64,000 nucleotides of DNA, taken from NCBI GenBank assembly GCA_904063045.1, contig CAJFCJ010000005.1:1007988-1071987 (forward strand), in the 5' to 3' direction. The notes under the pieces were generated by a model. It was not told the origin of the DNA, searched no databases, and worked only from the letters and a program-made list of their open reading frames with translations. The stretch is from Dimorphilus gyrociliatus. Lineage: Eukaryota; Animalia; Annelida. Shown here piece after piece: positions 1-15,722 of this stretch (position 1 is the stretch's first letter; each line of letters opens with the position of its first letter). The translations under genes and the position numbers were made by a program.

Positions 1-3000
1 GGTCATCTTCAGGTCGTTTTTGTCTATTTTAGTTTGTAAGATATAACAAATTTACTAAAGAAAAGTATATAAAATTTATACAGTATAGTTTAATAAGAAG
101 GCATGTTGGCATGTTTATATAAATTTTATGAAAGGATAAAATATCTACCTTGGTTTTCTCGATCCTTTATTGTTATTATTGCGATCATAAGGGGGTTCTG
201 ATTGGGTTGTTCTTTGAGTTTCTTCTGTTTGATTAGACGCGGCCGAATTATCAGACGTTCTAGCTCTCCTCGAATTAATGGGTGGTAGTTTTCTTAAAGA
301 AAGGAAAAAGGAAGAAATTAATTACGTTCACCAATATTAATATTTAAAGATATGAAACATTTAATCCTCGTTAAATTATTCTCTATAGAATAAAAAATTA
401 ATACGTTAATTAAACAATAAGGTATAATAAAAAACCTTTTTTGAAGTCTGGGAGATGTCGTAAACGGTGCGCTATCATGACTGCCATAATTGGCCATTTT
501 AAAGCCTTCTCTTCCAACAGCAACATATTTTTCGTTCATTTCTAGTTCCTGCATACCGTGTATAACAGATCCGTCTGTTCTGCATAATTTTAATACGGCT
601 CCTAAATTTAAAAAAAAAAATAAAAGAAAACAATAACAAATTATTAGAATATTAGAATAGTTCAAAGGAAATTACATAGATTCAACACTTCGTTGGTTCA
701 ATAATAATTAATTAGCCATAAAGCGATAGATGGCTCCAGTATCGTTTAAGCACGATAACAAGCTAATTTTATTACCTGTAACCAAATCGATTCTATCCGT
801 TATTTCACTCAAAACTGAAGTAAAATTACGCTTTAAATGCGAATTTACGTTGATTCTCTTCGCCGGTCTCCAGTCTTGACCATTCGTATAAACACTGTTG
901 TTAAAATCAAAAAAAAAAGCTATTGATTAGGATAACTAAGTCGATTTAAGCCATAATACAAACTATATAACGAGAATATCTATTGGTACTTTCCGACATC
1001 TTCCTGATACTTGTATCGAACGATTGTGTTCTACAGGCCTCACCTGTTTAATTAAAATATTAAATTAATGATGAAACTTTGGCTGTTCATCACGCTACTT
1101 GCGTTTGTTTGTGAGTAAAAACTGCATTACTTTACTCATAGATAATATATATCTTACATCCGGTTTTCCTTGGAAGTATATCCCACCCCATTGAAAGAAA
1201 AAAAATTAAAGTAATTCCCAATTTCCAGTAAAATGAACCAATCAGATCATAATTAAACCTTGACACAATCACATAAATAAATACAAATCATGTATATAAG
1301 AATGAACAGCAAATAAAAATCAAAAACAAAATAATGAAAAGAGATGACAAAAATCGACGAAAACAATGAGGTGTTAAAGAACAAAATGAACAAATGAACA
1401 AGAGAGAATCTGGTCAAGTTAAAAACACTTCTCCCTTTTAAAACGATTTGAAAATTGTTAAAAAAAAAATAAAATCAATCGTTTCGAAAACTTGGCTTTC
1501 AATAAATCGATAGACAATGAAACAACCTATAGGGAAGGAGGTTACAGCGTTTTTTTTTGTTTTTGTTTTTGTTGTTGTTATTGTTTAATACTAGTTTTAT
1601 AACAAATGAAAGCATTGGCTTTATTGATACAATTGTAAAAATGAATTTGGCCTTAGAAACTTGCGGGGCAATAACCCAACAGATTTACTCAATACAGGTT
1701 AAATTTGTTGTAAAACAAGATATGTTTTGAGTATTCAGTACGCCTCTTAATAGATCTCTCTTTCTCTCTCTCTCCTTCTTTCTTTCTTTTTTTCTTTCTA
1801 TCCTTCTCTTCTGTTATTTATGAACAGCTCTCTACATATTGGTTATTTTTAAAATTCTAGTAAATCACCTTTAAAAATAGAAAATATACTAAAGTTTGTT
1901 AAACTATTGACTTTAGGCTTATTTTGTTTTTAAATATTATCTATACTGTTTATATAAAATTTGTGAATAGAGGAGATAACAGCGACTGAGAGAGAAAGTT
2001 TAATTTTCAAATATAAGCCTATGAAATTAATGAAACAAGCATAACTAGACTTGAAGGTTTTAATAGAATTTGCTCTCATTTTCGAGTGTATTATATATGG
2101 CATTTAAAAATATTGAAACACAATTGAATGGAAGAGAAGAACATATTGGTTTATGGCTAAACCCTAAGACACTAAAGCACTGATTTTTGGTCACTCAATG
2201 ATCTAGATCCTGTTTATAGACTATATGCTGTATTATTTTTGCTTCTCTAGATCAAACAAAAATTGTTCAATAAAGCTTTCTATTAATTCTGAATGGCTAA
2301 TTGTGCTTCCATTTTTATTTTCAAGTTTCTTTTCTCACTCTGTGAAGAATATATCAAGGCATGAATCTTTATCAACATAAGAAAATATTTTCTGAGGAAA
2401 AACTTCAAATTTTCTAAGATTGGAAGTGGGCTTTGAACTTTAAATTGGTTAAATCACGCTGACGTACTACATTTTCCACTTAGAGTCGATCATAATCAAC
2501 CAAGTTTTAAAAATACAAGGACTTGAAAGATAACCGAGATTTGGATAGAATTTCATACAAATTATTTATATTCCTTATCATATTCAATATTTCTACAAAG
2601 AATAGATTATCATGTGATAAACTTCAATAGTTAGGTGAGATTACAGTAATATCGGCATCGTCTAGCAGCGTTTTTTCAGAAATTCATGGCTATCTTTTTA
2701 GTAGATAATCGAGTTAAAAAAAAATTAAAAAAGCTTAACAATTGGTCAAACAAGCAAAAAAAATCTGAATAGTTGAGCAGCCACTCCCTCAACGATAATT
2801 AACCCTTATGAATAATAAACGTGGGGCAGCTTTGTACGTCTTCAGAAATTTTAAGAGAGTGAGGGAAAAGACGCTTCTTAATTATAAAATACAAAAAAGG
2901 AACACTTTATCTATAAAAAAAATTCTCTTTATATCGATTAACTTTCTCAATTGTTATTCAATTGAATTTTATTAGTTAAGAAAATGAAGATGATAAAGAT

Positions 3001-6000
3001 GCTGACAATAATGATGACGATGAAGAAAAAAAGGCTTTGCATTCTCATAATTTAATTTTAAAACGTTTTGTTTGTTTGTTTCACAAGAGATAATAGAAAT
3101 ATTATTAAATTAATCAATTAAAAACAAAAAAAGAATAAAATCAGAAAATAATAAAGTATCATTAAGCAATTCCTTTCTCTCTTTAATCGACTGAATATCG
3201 GTTGGTATTTGCTTATTTAAGAAGAAAAAAGATTATAAAATTTGCAAGGCTAATTGATTTTTTTTTAAGATTACTTAAAATATTTATATTTTAAGAAAAT
3301 CCTATAAAAATTATCTGTATTGCAAAGGGGAAGAGAAGGGGAGGGAGGGAGAGAAAAGGGATAAAGTGCTAAATAAGCATATCTTTCTTTATTGCATATC
3401 ATTCCACTTTTGTACTTTGGACAAGCACTATCGATAGAGATTGTAATATTCAATTAAACTGTATTTACATTACTTTTTTTTTACTATCAATATTAAATCT
3501 TCTATATTTAATATATATTTAATGTACAGTATATTTTAATAACTGCAAACAAAAAAAAGGTTGCTTTAAAAAAAAAATGAAAAAAAAATGCCACTTTGGA
3601 CTATTGCTACTCCTACAATTTATTTAATTAGCCTTATCGACGAGATAACGTCACTAAGCGGTTTAAGAAACAATAAATTTTTTAAATTTTGATTAAAGAG
3701 ATGATAAATCATAAATGAAATATTAGTAATTAGCTGTTTTATATCATTCTAATTAAGTAAATTATTTTATAGATGAATAGAAAGAAAGAAAAATAAATAA
3801 AACGACATTTCAATGAAACGTTAATTCAAAATTATTAAAATGTAGATAAAGAGTGAAAATATCTTAAATATTTATTAATTTCTACATAGAAAACATGAAA
3901 ATAAACACTTATTTACATGAAAATAAATAGATTTATTAACTATTAAGATAATATCATTATCCTAAAAATAGATTATTACTATTATTATATCTATTAGCTA
4001 AAATATTCAAATGTATATATAAAGGACTATCCTTTTATTATTTTATAACTAATTTTTATATCCATTTTTGCCATTTATCAATACTTATAAATTCATTAAA
4101 TGCAAAAACAGACCTCTTTATCATTTTTTTCAGCTCATGGTTTCTTAATTAATAATTACATAAATTTTATGGTTAATATCACTTTCTATTTTTAAGTAGT
4201 CTTTCTTAATTCTATACTTGAAAAATATGTATATATATATTTTAACTTATTAATTAAAATAAAGAAAAGTTTTAGTGTTATTGTTAATCTATTATTGTGC
4301 ATGATCAGCAAATTTTTCTATAAGAATTAGGAGATAAATTTTTACAAAAGGTGCAAAAGAGTATATATATAATTGATAAATAATTTACATTTTCTGATTG
4401 GTCATGAGAAAAGAGTTTGAATAATTAACATATCAACTCAATTTGTACATAAAAATTATCAACAAACAAGGAGTGTTTAGGAGAATAGAAATATTTTTTT
4501 ACCCAAAAAACAAATAATGATATTATTGATAAAAGAATGTCAAGTTGGTAGAAATATCAACTTTTTTAAAAGTTGACGCTTTTAAAATATTCTTTAAACT
4601 GCCCACGTAAGAAATTTTTTAGCTTAAATGTACACTTATAGATAAAATGAAAGATAGTTATCTTACAAAAAATACTTGATAACATGTATATATTTTATCA
4701 GTATATACAGTTTATATATATATATATATATAGTATATATATATAGATATAGATATTTATCATATATTAATTTTTTTTCTCCTTCATTCCTTTTGAACGT
4801 TTCAATTTTGAACTGTTCAATTTTTTAAGATTCTTAACGAGTCTAAAGTTTATGACAAGCTGGGGTTGCTTAGAGACTAAGTACATCCCACGAAACAAAA
4901 GATTTTTTCTTCATAAAATAGTCACAAAATATCAATACAATTATTGAGTTTGTAGCTCTGTGAACAAACTACACTATCATTAAACCTCATTCCTCAACAT
5001 GAAAAGAGAAATTATTACAATCTATCAATAAAACTCACCTTGCTCGAAACCTTGTAAATAACAAACATAACAACATTCCGTTTTTTTTCCTTTTTTGAAT
5101 TAATTAATTAATTAGTTAGCTTTCATTTGTTAATCTTATTTCCTTTTTAATTCTTAATTTGGACAAGTTTGCTTTTCAATATTTTTTTAAATATATATAC
5201 TTTAGTGTAGATATTTTTTAAATAGATAAAGTACTGATCAGATCTATATTTCATAAATTAAAGGGGTACAAAAAATCCTTTGAAAAGTCTAAGTAAATGA
5301 CAAGTACAATCATGTCAACCTAGATTTCATTCAAAAGTGAACCTTTTCTCAATTTAAGTGAGCAGGACAAGAAAATCTAAAAATGGATATGATAAAGAAG
5401 TGTCTATTCCGGTAGTTACTTGTATGCTAAACAAGAGTTTTCAACTTAAACTTTTATATGGTTATGCTATTTGATATACTATTAAATCGCTTCTTTCATG
5501 TTAAATAAGCACATAAATTCAACATTAAATAAGTGAACAGACAAAAAATATCGTTGGTAGATTATCAAATAAACAATGTCAATTACAAAGCAAAGAGCAA
5601 GACAAATGTTTAGTCAGTAAGCTCTTTAAATTGATCGAACAAACGCGCCCTGTTTGAGTAAGACGGCATGATAAAGAACATTGTAATAATTATAATCTAC
5701 AATGAATTGATCTGGTAGATTTACGTAGGGAAAAAAACTTGTACAAACCTCAGTTGCTCTTGGAGAACGCTTAGGTGACGTGTCCGCTTTACCATATCTG
5801 AAGATCAAAAACTATTATTAAAATAACTGTTAAAAAAAAAACAAAACAATTTTATATACAGTATATATCCATATATTAAGTATATATGTATATATAAAAC
5901 CTCAGATATTACGAGAGGGGATTATCAAGTATTGGGATTGGTTTTTAGTGGATTGAACTTGGTATTAGTTTATTCAAAAATTCTATATTATGTATCGTCA

Positions 6001-7544
6001 TGTTTCTTTTGCATGTAAATACGTAAACTATGGAGTTTTCGAAATTTGTATACATTTCTATTCTCTCTTAACATTGCTTTGTTAAATAATTCAGTAGAAA
6101 AGAGTAATAGTTTACTCGTTAATTCACCATTCATATCAAACCGGATTATATGTAATAATAAACAAATAGGTAAAGGAGTTTAGAATTACGTCATAAAGGT
6201 GAAATACAACATTATGATTAAAGAACAAAACAGCAAGATTTCTTATCCAATCCTTCCCCTCCCCTCACAACCGCCACCACCACGACTATCACTGATTGAC
6301 GTAGACTTTTTAAAATTGTTCTCTCTTTTCCACTCTAAGGGTAATACAGTGTAAGAGACAAAATGTTTTCTTTCACTTAATCATATAGAAGAATACTCGT
6401 TTTGGTTACCTCCCGCTATCCTTCTCTTTTTACTAGTTTATCGTAATTGAATTTTTGAATTTAATCTGAATAAAAAGAGGAGTAAGGAGTGCAAAAGAAA
6501 CATTACGAAGAGCGTAATTATTCTCTTGGGTAATCTCCTCTAGAAAATATCGTTTTCAACTTATTGAAATTTCTCTATGAATAAGTAAATCTTATCTCTT
6601 TACGTAAATATCCAATTAGAAAGGATATATATATATATATATATATATACAGTATATTAACTTTTCACAATTTCAACTATAAACAGTAACGTTTATGTTA
6701 ATTTGGTTACTCTTTTTTTATTCTAATTGCTATCTTATCAGATCTAAAGATGAAAAAGTATTGAATAACGTTTTTTGATGATTACCATTCATTGAACAAA
6801 ATTTTCCTCGTATAAGGCGTTGTTAACCTCTTCGCTTACGGATTTACTAGTATAGAAAGAAATTTTTTTTCCCTTTAATATCAAAAGAATACTTAACAGC
6901 TACAGTTAATCGTTTAATAGAGTTAAGGAACTGTTGTGAAAAGCTTGCATTGTTAACCATATTCTAGATCACAACATGAAAATATACATTCCTACTATAT
7001 ACAGTAAGCAAATATACCCTTTTCTTTCCTCTTTATAATATTTAATTAGTATTTACAAGTTGTTAAATCACGGGAGGTATACTTTCATTGTTTTCTATCT
7101 TAATCGATTTTCTATTAAACGATATATGTATAACTAACACAACGGTATTTATATTTATGCTTAATGGAAATAGTATACTCAATGTTAGTTTATCTTGACT
7201 AAATTAATGGAACATTTATAAAAGTGACAAGAAAATTCTTTTAAAACTTACTCTATTCCTTTCCTGAATTTCTCTCCTCCCACTGCTACGTAGCTTTTTC
7301 CTGACGAAGCAAAATCTTCCAACTGATCCAAATCGGTTATGGTTGTTCCTCCGACGGGAGTTCGAATACTCCTTACGGCTACACGTGCGCTAATTGCTCC
7401 AGTTACGAAATTAAGGAATGAATCGAAATTCCGTGTTCGTCTCCGATTTATGACAACATTTTTTCCCATAAACCGCTTATCACCGTTGCGGAAGACGTGA
7501 ATTATCTTTGCTTTTTCTGGCTGAGAAAATATTGCAGAGTCCAT
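1..7544 (-). CDS. DCDC2: Doublecortin domain-containing protein 2-like (two DCX domains), 3' end runs off the window
   Basis: Exons 7252-7544, 5749-5797, 964-1043, 776-894, 436-601, 149-292, 1-23 join in frame with GT-AG sites. DCX1: KIIHVFRNGDKRF...YVAVGGEKFRKGIEY. Linker VRPVEHNRSIQVSGRCRK resembles the DCDC2 linker. DCX2: VYTNGQ...TGAVLKLCRTDG...YVAVGREGFK, followed by a KLPPI motif. Confidence 0.88.
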
Positions 7545-7665
7545 GGCTAGTTCGGATAGAGGAACGACAACGAACAGTTTTCGCGCGCTTCCTAAGGTCT
7601 ATTGGTCTAAACCTTTCTGCGTAGCGGTTGCTATTGTTTTAGAAACAAAATTGATTTATAATTTC

Positions 7666-7704
7666 AAAATGGCGGGTTTGAAACATTAATCCAACCGCCA
7701 TTTT
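7666..7704. promoter_or_regulatory. Inverted pair of YY1/Pho-type motifs upstream of DCDC2
   Basis: AAAATGGCGG (7666-7675) and its exact reverse complement CCGCCATTTT (7695-7704), 120-160 bp upstream of the ATG. Confidence 0.45.
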
Positions 7705-7755
7705 ATTAGTTTAATACATTAACTACAATACTTTGTGCTAATTTTGTAAATACAG

Positions 7756-7768
7756 GTAACCAAGCAAC
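7756..7768. promoter_or_regulatory. RFX X-box candidate
   Basis: GTAACC-A-AGCAAC matches GTNRCC(N0-3)RGYAAC, 212 bp upstream of the ATG of a ciliary-type gene. Confidence 0.5.
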
Positions 7769-10700
7769 TAAGATAAACTTCTAATGAAGATGATGAGAAA
7801 GAAACACACCTTAATAAAGTTTAGCTATTAAAGGCTAGCTATAAAGTTTAGCAAATGTAACAATTTTTCCCTTTTAATCTACAATTAAGTGTAACTTTTT
7901 GAAAAAACTTTGTCAGCATTTTAGAAGATTAGTAAAAGTTAACATAAAAAGACCATTTAACTTTTCATAAATAACTCAATAGCACATAAACAGATATGGA
8001 GATAACGTAGGAGAAATTCTTTATTTGACTGATAGATGTAAACTAGATATTATATATCTAATGTATATAGAAGATATTGATACTTTTGTTTTTAGTGCGC
8101 TTATTACGTCTATTTGATAATCATTTTATATTAATAGTTTTTAAAAAACTTATTATGCTATAGGTGTCACTAGCTGAAAAAGCCAACGGACGTCATATTG
8201 TACATTTAATTTGTAGTCTATATATTGATCAAATAGTATTGTCTGAATTGACTTGTATCCGGAAAATGATCATACGCCTATCATATTTCAGTTGTTTGTC
8301 GACATTTTCCGCAATAAAACACTTTTTATTTGGTAAATAAAGATTTATGAATATATATAGGTTTATACATATATATATATATGTTATAATAATATAATAA
8401 TCACAAATCAAAGATATTAGTTAAGAGAGGAAACATAAGAAAAGTATTAATGATATAGGGAAAGAAAACGAGGAAAGAGAATCAAGTCACTTTATTTATC
8501 AAAAAGCAACATCAACGAATCTTTTAGTATTCGGCCTTTAAAAACAATAAAATAGTAATAAAAAATTTACAGCTGTTGAAAATTTAAGCCAAGAGTTTCT
8601 CTACTTTTCTTGACTATGTTTTTATTATTGTTTTTAAAGTTTTAAGGTTGAAATTCAATAGATTTCTAGAGAAACGAATGACAATAACAAAACATAATAA
8701 TAGCAATTACATACAAACATATACAACTACTTACTATTCTTCGAGTACCGGAAATAAAGTATTTTATTCTAATATACGATATATAACTATACACGACCTC
8801 CCTTTACTACAAAATGATCACGACCTTATGAAAAGTAAGTTGTTAGTTTTATATGACACTCGATCGGTTGTATTTTGTATAGAAAGCGAAAATAACTTTC
8901 GTGTTATTGATTAAGCAAAATGTTCAACTAACAATGAAGAAAGTTAGAAATAGCAAATTTTTCTTAATAATCTACTTGGAATCAATAAGTTGTTGAAATA
9001 GATGATTTTATTTAATATTTAAAATAGCAATATACAGTTTATCTAATGTATAAGGATTATATAATATTTAATCTAGTTTGTCATATAATTAAAATTCAAC
9101 GGGGGTAGTTAATCGTTTAAAAATTGAATAGTAGTTTTATTGAATATATTGAAAGCTAGCCCTAAGGGTTAGGTCATTCTCTTTTTGGTTGAAACAACTT
9201 TTCTGTTTTCGTGAGGCTTTTAGTTCAACCTTGACTGACCTTGATTTTATGTTTTCAAATTATTTTTTTACTACTCTCTCTTCTTCTTCTTCTTCTTCGT
9301 AAATTTCAAACATACAATTAATTTGTTCATTTTACAACCAATTACAAAAGCAATGAAATAAAAGCGCCAAACTTGGAGCCTAATAAAAGATAAAGAATTC
9401 TTGTTTTCTTCAGTTTTATAGAGGTGATAATAAAAAGAAACTGCGCCGATATTCTTGGAAATTATAAAGAATAGAATTCACTTCGATGGTGATTCACTTC
9501 AAACTAATCAATAAATTAAATAGAAGGGATATATAAGGTAATTTTTATCAATATAACAGATAAATAGAACTTAAAGCTCTTTTGTAATATTAAATAAGAA
9601 ATTTAATAAATTTATTACTGATTACGTAATAGCAATATATTAATTTTATTAATTTAGTTGTTTATACTGATAGCAAATTAGTTTTGATAATGCCATCTGG
9701 ATTCTTTATAAACCATTGACTTTTTATAATACAAGTTCAAAAGGAAAGAGCTCAATTAAAATTAATCTATTCAATTAATTATTATAGATATGGCATAGTA
9801 CATGCATACTCGACTAGAGAATAGAAACCAAAGCACTCTTTCAGGGAGAGGAAAGCACGGGGGGAGGGGAGGGGAGGGGGGAGATGGAGAAAATTAACGT
9901 CGCACTCTGTGTTCAATTTAAAGATTGATAACTAAGGAAAAAAATCTTAATTGCTATTGTATTTTCTAATCGAATCGATAACTTAAACGACTACTCCCCT
10001 AATAATGGTCTCTCTTTATTAGTTGGTAAAGCTAAGCTCTTCAAACTATATAACTTTTTAATGGCGAACCTCTCGAGATTCATTCGCCCATTTTCCATCT
10101 TTATCTACTATTGTAATATAAAGACAATATACGTTTCCCTATCAACAGCGCAATTCTAAACTGAATCTTTGTTTTCGCTTGATTAATTTCAAACAGATTT
10201 TTTACCGTAATTAAGTTTTATTTAATTATAACCTATAAAGACATGATATATTCGATATTTTAATTGTTTGTCACGCGAATAAATATTAAATACCCCTAGT
10301 GATAAATAACTAAACAAGAAAACATGGATTAAACTGGCTAGGCTTAATAAAAAAGAAAGAATTAAATATAGACATCGTCTCGTCATAAATTAATAGGAAA
10401 CTACTTGAAAATAATCATAATTTTTCTTTCAATCAAGGATCAATCATGAAACATATTTAAAGTAGAACCGAAGTAAAAAGGTTAAAAGGAGATATAAATC
10501 AGAAAGAAATATTACGGGACCTGCTATGTTTACTCATTAATTATGCGAAAAGCACGTAGAACATATCGTTACGGCCTGTACATTTCTACATTTATGAACA
10601 TTCATATTTTACTAAACTACTCTCAAATGAAACTCTTCTCTGCGGGAGAGAAACATACTGAAATAGAGAATATTCTAATGAAACAATAATTTACTTGACA

Positions 10701-13700
10701 TTGACATGAAATTGAAACAGTTTACTTATTAATTACCTATGGCTTAAGTCAAAAACGTCAATTAAACCAATTAAATTACCGTAACTTAATAAAGAAACAA
10801 TAAGCCGTAGATTTTACATAATTTTCTTATCTAATTAGCATACTACTAAGCGTTTATTAAGATAATCGAACCAAAAAGAATATTTTTTACAGCTATTTTC
10901 ATTCAGAAAGTTATAAACAAAGAGTGACGTAGATGGAAAAGAATCTATAAATGTAACAGTTCCTTTCGGTGTTTAGTTGTATTCATTCTAAATAGAACAG
11001 TGCAAAAATAGGTGAGTATAGTCGTTCGATACACTTCCTCTTTAATTAAACTAAACGGCCTCAGGCTTTTTTAGGTTTATAAAGTTTTTTCTACAATGAC
11101 TTGTAATGCTTCTATTGTTTGTAACGTAAAAAACAGGGACCATTCTTTCTATTCCACAGTTTCCATATCGCTGAAATTCTTTCTTTATTTCTTTTTTAAT
11201 TTGGTGTCAGCTTTGAAAAAGATTAGTTAAAATATATGCGTCAGATGGCGTTTCGTTTTTATGTAGGTTGAGGATTATAGCTAAAAAAGAGATAAAAAAC
11301 TAGAAAATAAGTAAGATATACAGTTATAATCTGCTAGAGTTGCTATTCCTATATAGTAGGCCTATAGGTTATAAAACCTTATATTAACAGTTTGTAAACG
11401 AACCGTGTATGTTTATCTTTTAACTTATAAAAGAGAAAAGAAAGAAAGGAATGAAGCGGTCCAAGAAGAACTAGGCAAACTTTGATAGTCTTAAGGTAAA
11501 CGAAAACACATGTACGTATGTAAATTCCTGTTTTGTCATATTCTCCACGGAGCAGAAAATAGAATATACAAAGATTTTCTTTGTTCTTACATATCGACAG
11601 ATGGCGCATTACAAATTAAATTCTTAGCTTATTTATATATACATATAAGATAACTATATATTTAAGTAGATTGCGATAAATCGTAACTTTATAGCCGCTA
11701 AAATGAGAAGAATACTAATGAACTGTCTATTTACAAAAGTAATTCCAATGCACAAATATAAATCTAATTAATAAAGTAAGTTACAATTGGAAAATACCAA
11801 ACTTTACTCTAAACAATCTTAATCTGAACAAAAAGCTGCTAATCCGCTCTCCCTCCCCCCTCCTCCTTCTCCTCAACACAAAAGATAAACATACACCTCT
11901 CAAGCGCTAACTGGCATTTTAAAGTGTTACTTGTACAATCTACTCTTTTTGTCTGTATTGACAGTTTTATTTTTGGGTTCAAAAATAAAAAAAAAACACT
12001 TTATTTAATTATAGAAGGAAAAAAAACTTCAATGTGGCGCCATATTGAACTTTGAATAATGTTTTTCTTTAAAAATAGTTAAATTCTTATTATTATTTTA
12101 TTTATTTAAATAAGAAAAAGAAGAAGAAGAGGAAGAGAAAAGCAAATTTTTCTCCTTTTAATAAAAGTTTAAAAGGTTTTCTACTTTTTGATCTCATTGT
12201 AAGAACATTCCTACATGAATAGATCTGAAATAATTGCGTTCAAAAATGTAACCTATGCTCCCGAAGATGGCAGCACAATTCATTATTACCTGCTAGGCTA
12301 CGCCTCAAAAACGCCAGCTTTTTAGTATAAATCTACCCCCCAAAGCATTTAAGCTTCGTAATTTGATATTTATGAACCACATAACCTGCACGCAAAGCTC
12401 CATCAAAACTAACTACGCCCTTCACTTAAATAAAACAGATGTAGAATCCAGCTGTCACGTCCAACCGCTGCCCATTATCAATCAAGTAAGTTATTCATGC
12501 TTGAAAAGAAAATTGCCCTACGCTTGTTTACTGTGTCCAAGAAACTACTCTATTATTATTCCGCCTCATCTGTTACGCAATCGGTAAAAATAGGCCTAAT
12601 CAAACTGGCATTCAATCTAATGCCAATCTAGATAATCTCGAGTGGTCAGCAGGGAAGCGGCTTGATTGAGCTTTATCTCGAGAAGGGAGTCAAGAAGCTT
12701 TAGGAGGTCGCTATATTTCCCTAAGGGTAGCTATACACAGGCCCCGGTTTGCCCCAAACAAAATACTTTCTTCCAGACGTAATCAGTATAATAAAAAAAG
12801 ACTTATTACCCTAAATAAGTAAAGAGAAACGATAAAAAAAACTGTAACATATCAATGTTATTCTCTTCCTTTTCATACTTTTTTAAAAAGTTAACATTAA
12901 TAAATTTATAACAAAAAAAAATCTTTAAATGTCAAACAAATTAACATTCTAACTCATCTTTTTTTCCTCATTTTCAATTAATAATAATCTCTGTAAAACA
13001 AATAACGTATAAAATAACAAATAGGTTGACTTTCATCATTCGCATTCCTACAAATCGACTTCTTGAAGGAACTTTTCGAAAGGAAAAACACGAAACTCTT
13101 GAGTATTACAGGTACAGAATAAATAAATAATACAACTAACGGTTACGGAAGATTTGAATATGATACGAAGATAAAGACTCTATTTCTACTCAGGCGAACT
13201 ATTCTTAGGCCTAGAAGGATGTAAATAAAATATTTTCATAGCTTAACGAGCTTTTGTAAAGATATTGAATTACTTATACAGTTATATATACAGTATATAT
13301 ATTCCCTGGCAAACAGTAGACTTCAATCAATCATCCGCCTGTTTGTTGTTTGCATTAAATCCAAATATTAGATCAATAATGCAAACGCGACTAAGAGTTT
13401 GTCTATTCGTCCAATTTATTTCTCATTGTCCTGCTTAACTTATACTTTATTTGTCTGGTCAATTGGTTAAACAGTTTAAACACGGTTCTCTTCCATTTAA
13501 CATCTGAATTCATTAAACTCCAATAATCACTTAGCCTACTAATAAACATATATATTATCTATATTCCATATTATAGAGCTGTGTTTTTATTTTATCGCTC
13601 AATTCGCTTTATTTGTTCACTTGACTAAGTGAAGTGAAGAAGAAAAGAAAAGAAAGAAGACAGAGAGAGAGAGAGTGAGTGAGAGGGTGAGAGGGTGGAG

Positions 13701-15683
13701 GAAACCAAGTAAAAAAGTCTAGACGGAGAAGGCGCCAGAAAGGGAGAGCGAAGAAAGGTAAGGTAAGGGGGGAAAGGAATTAATAACTGAATAAGAGAAC
13801 TAGCAAAAGAGGAGGGAAATGAAACCAGATCAGGTAACTACTTAGCCCAAGTAAAAAAATCTCTAATTTCGATTAAGAGTTTTTTTTTAAAAAAAAAACA
13901 TTTTACTATTTATTTATTTATTATTAAAGAAAACTTTCTATAAAGTTTTATTTCGAGAATAAAATTAGGGTCAACAAAGTTTAATCAAGTTTCTTTTGAG
14001 TCTAAAAAAATAAACCCTTACCAAAAATCTTTCATTATAAGAAAATAAGTGTTTTGAATAGAATGAAAAAGAATTGATATCAGAGGGAAGGGAATGGAAG
14101 AAGAAGAAGAAGAAGAAGAAGGGTAGTAGCAGTAGTAGAGAAAGGCAGAAGAGGTTGTTGAGTTCGAAAAGAATTAAAGAATTACAAGGCGAAGAACGGC
14201 AGGTCGTGACTATTCAACAAGTAAAAATAAGAAGAGTATAAAGAAAGCACAATATTTATTTATATAGAGTTTTATTATGCTTAATAAAGAGATAATTTTT
14301 TGACAACAAATAGCGAAAACCAGTTGAATAGAAGGGAATAAATCTATAGACTGAACCAAAAAAAATGGCAGACCCGATAAGGACTCCCAAAGGATTGTAG
14401 TAAGCCCAGAATAGGTATATAAATATATCCTAAAGAATGGAATAAATAAGAAAACAAAGAATAATCACGAACAAAACCGTAATTTGAGTACGTATATGTT
14501 AATTCCTTTGTTACCAAAGTTACACTATGGTAACACTTTGTATGCCAGGTAGAAAAGAAGGTGAAAAAAATTAATCATATTTATGTTCTCAATATGCGGT
14601 AGTCATTAGTTTCAGTACGCTTTTTTTTGCAAATAGTTACTTAGGTGAGACGTATGCTGATAAAGACCGACCTCAAAGGTCGCTTACTTGAATTGATGTC
14701 GGTTCGATTTACGGTTTTTAATGTCTATTTTCAATTGCAATTCGTAATTTGATACTAGCGAATGAATTGCGAAAGTAATTCGTTAGCTGTCACAAGCTTT
14801 ATGGCATTTAGTCGAAATGGCCTACGATTTATCATAAATACTTTTATACAGTTTATAGAATGCTATTCAAGTTCTTTTTATCATTTTATTACTCTTTTTT
14901 TAAATTGAAAAAAATGTATTTGTAGATATTAAAATATAAAATTGAATAGTGTCAAGTTCATCTAGAATTTACGTGCTTTTCGACCATTGCTAATTGATAA
15001 ATCTTGTTCCTTCTCCTCCTTTCTACGATAATTTATCGCCACACGAAAGTATTATTTCCCTAGTAATCTCTTCCTTCTCCACCACTTACAACTCTGTTTC
15101 AAAACAACCCTATTTTCCTATATATATATATTCGTGGTAGTCCCCTTCTCCCTACCTCCTACCTACCTCTTTCTCTCTCTCTTTCCGCCCCCACTATCTA
15201 CATACAAAATCTCTCCGTCTATCTTTCGCTTTTGCACTCTTTTTTTTTTATCCCCCAACATTCTCTCTTTATCCCATTTATATACAATGTATATAAATCC
15301 TGGTGCAAACAACACTCGTAATAAATATTTAAAGATACAAATAGGATGGCAAAAGTCTTGTTGGAAAACGAAATATCGCTACATCGTATACGTAAAAGCA
15401 TTGGAATGCATCTGGTGGAAAACTATCCACTAATGTTCCCATTTTATTTCCTCTGTAGCAGGGGATGGACGACTGGCCATTGTAAAGTAAAAGAAAAAAG
15501 GGCTATAATTTTATCAAAACCTATCGCAAATAGTATCTTTGTGTTAAATCTGTCTGTTTAATGGATTTTATGAACGAACCATTAAACAGAAGCCGAAAAT
15601 AGTATGTATCTGCATATTTTATGACTAATAAGTACTGTTATCAAGGTGCAAAGTTAGTCAGCCACCAAAAAACTTTCACTTCT

Positions 15684-15722
<39 letters not shown>

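Noticed and set aside
718-775. In-frame read-through past DCDC2 exon 776-894 giving TGAIYRF, similar to the DCX GAV.RL motif
   Set aside because: No usable acceptor, a stop follows within a few codons, and the true next exon (GAVLKL) is at 436-601; likely chance.
1158-1168. Possible 11-nt microexon (ag|GAAAACCGGAT|gtaag) in the DCDC2 intron, minus strand
   Set aside because: It would shift the frame; the flanking exons already join in frame and match the DCDC2 linker.
14640-14720. GGTTCGATT (B-box/T-loop-like) followed by TTTTT
   Set aside because: No A-box at suitable spacing and no cloverleaf; not a tRNA.
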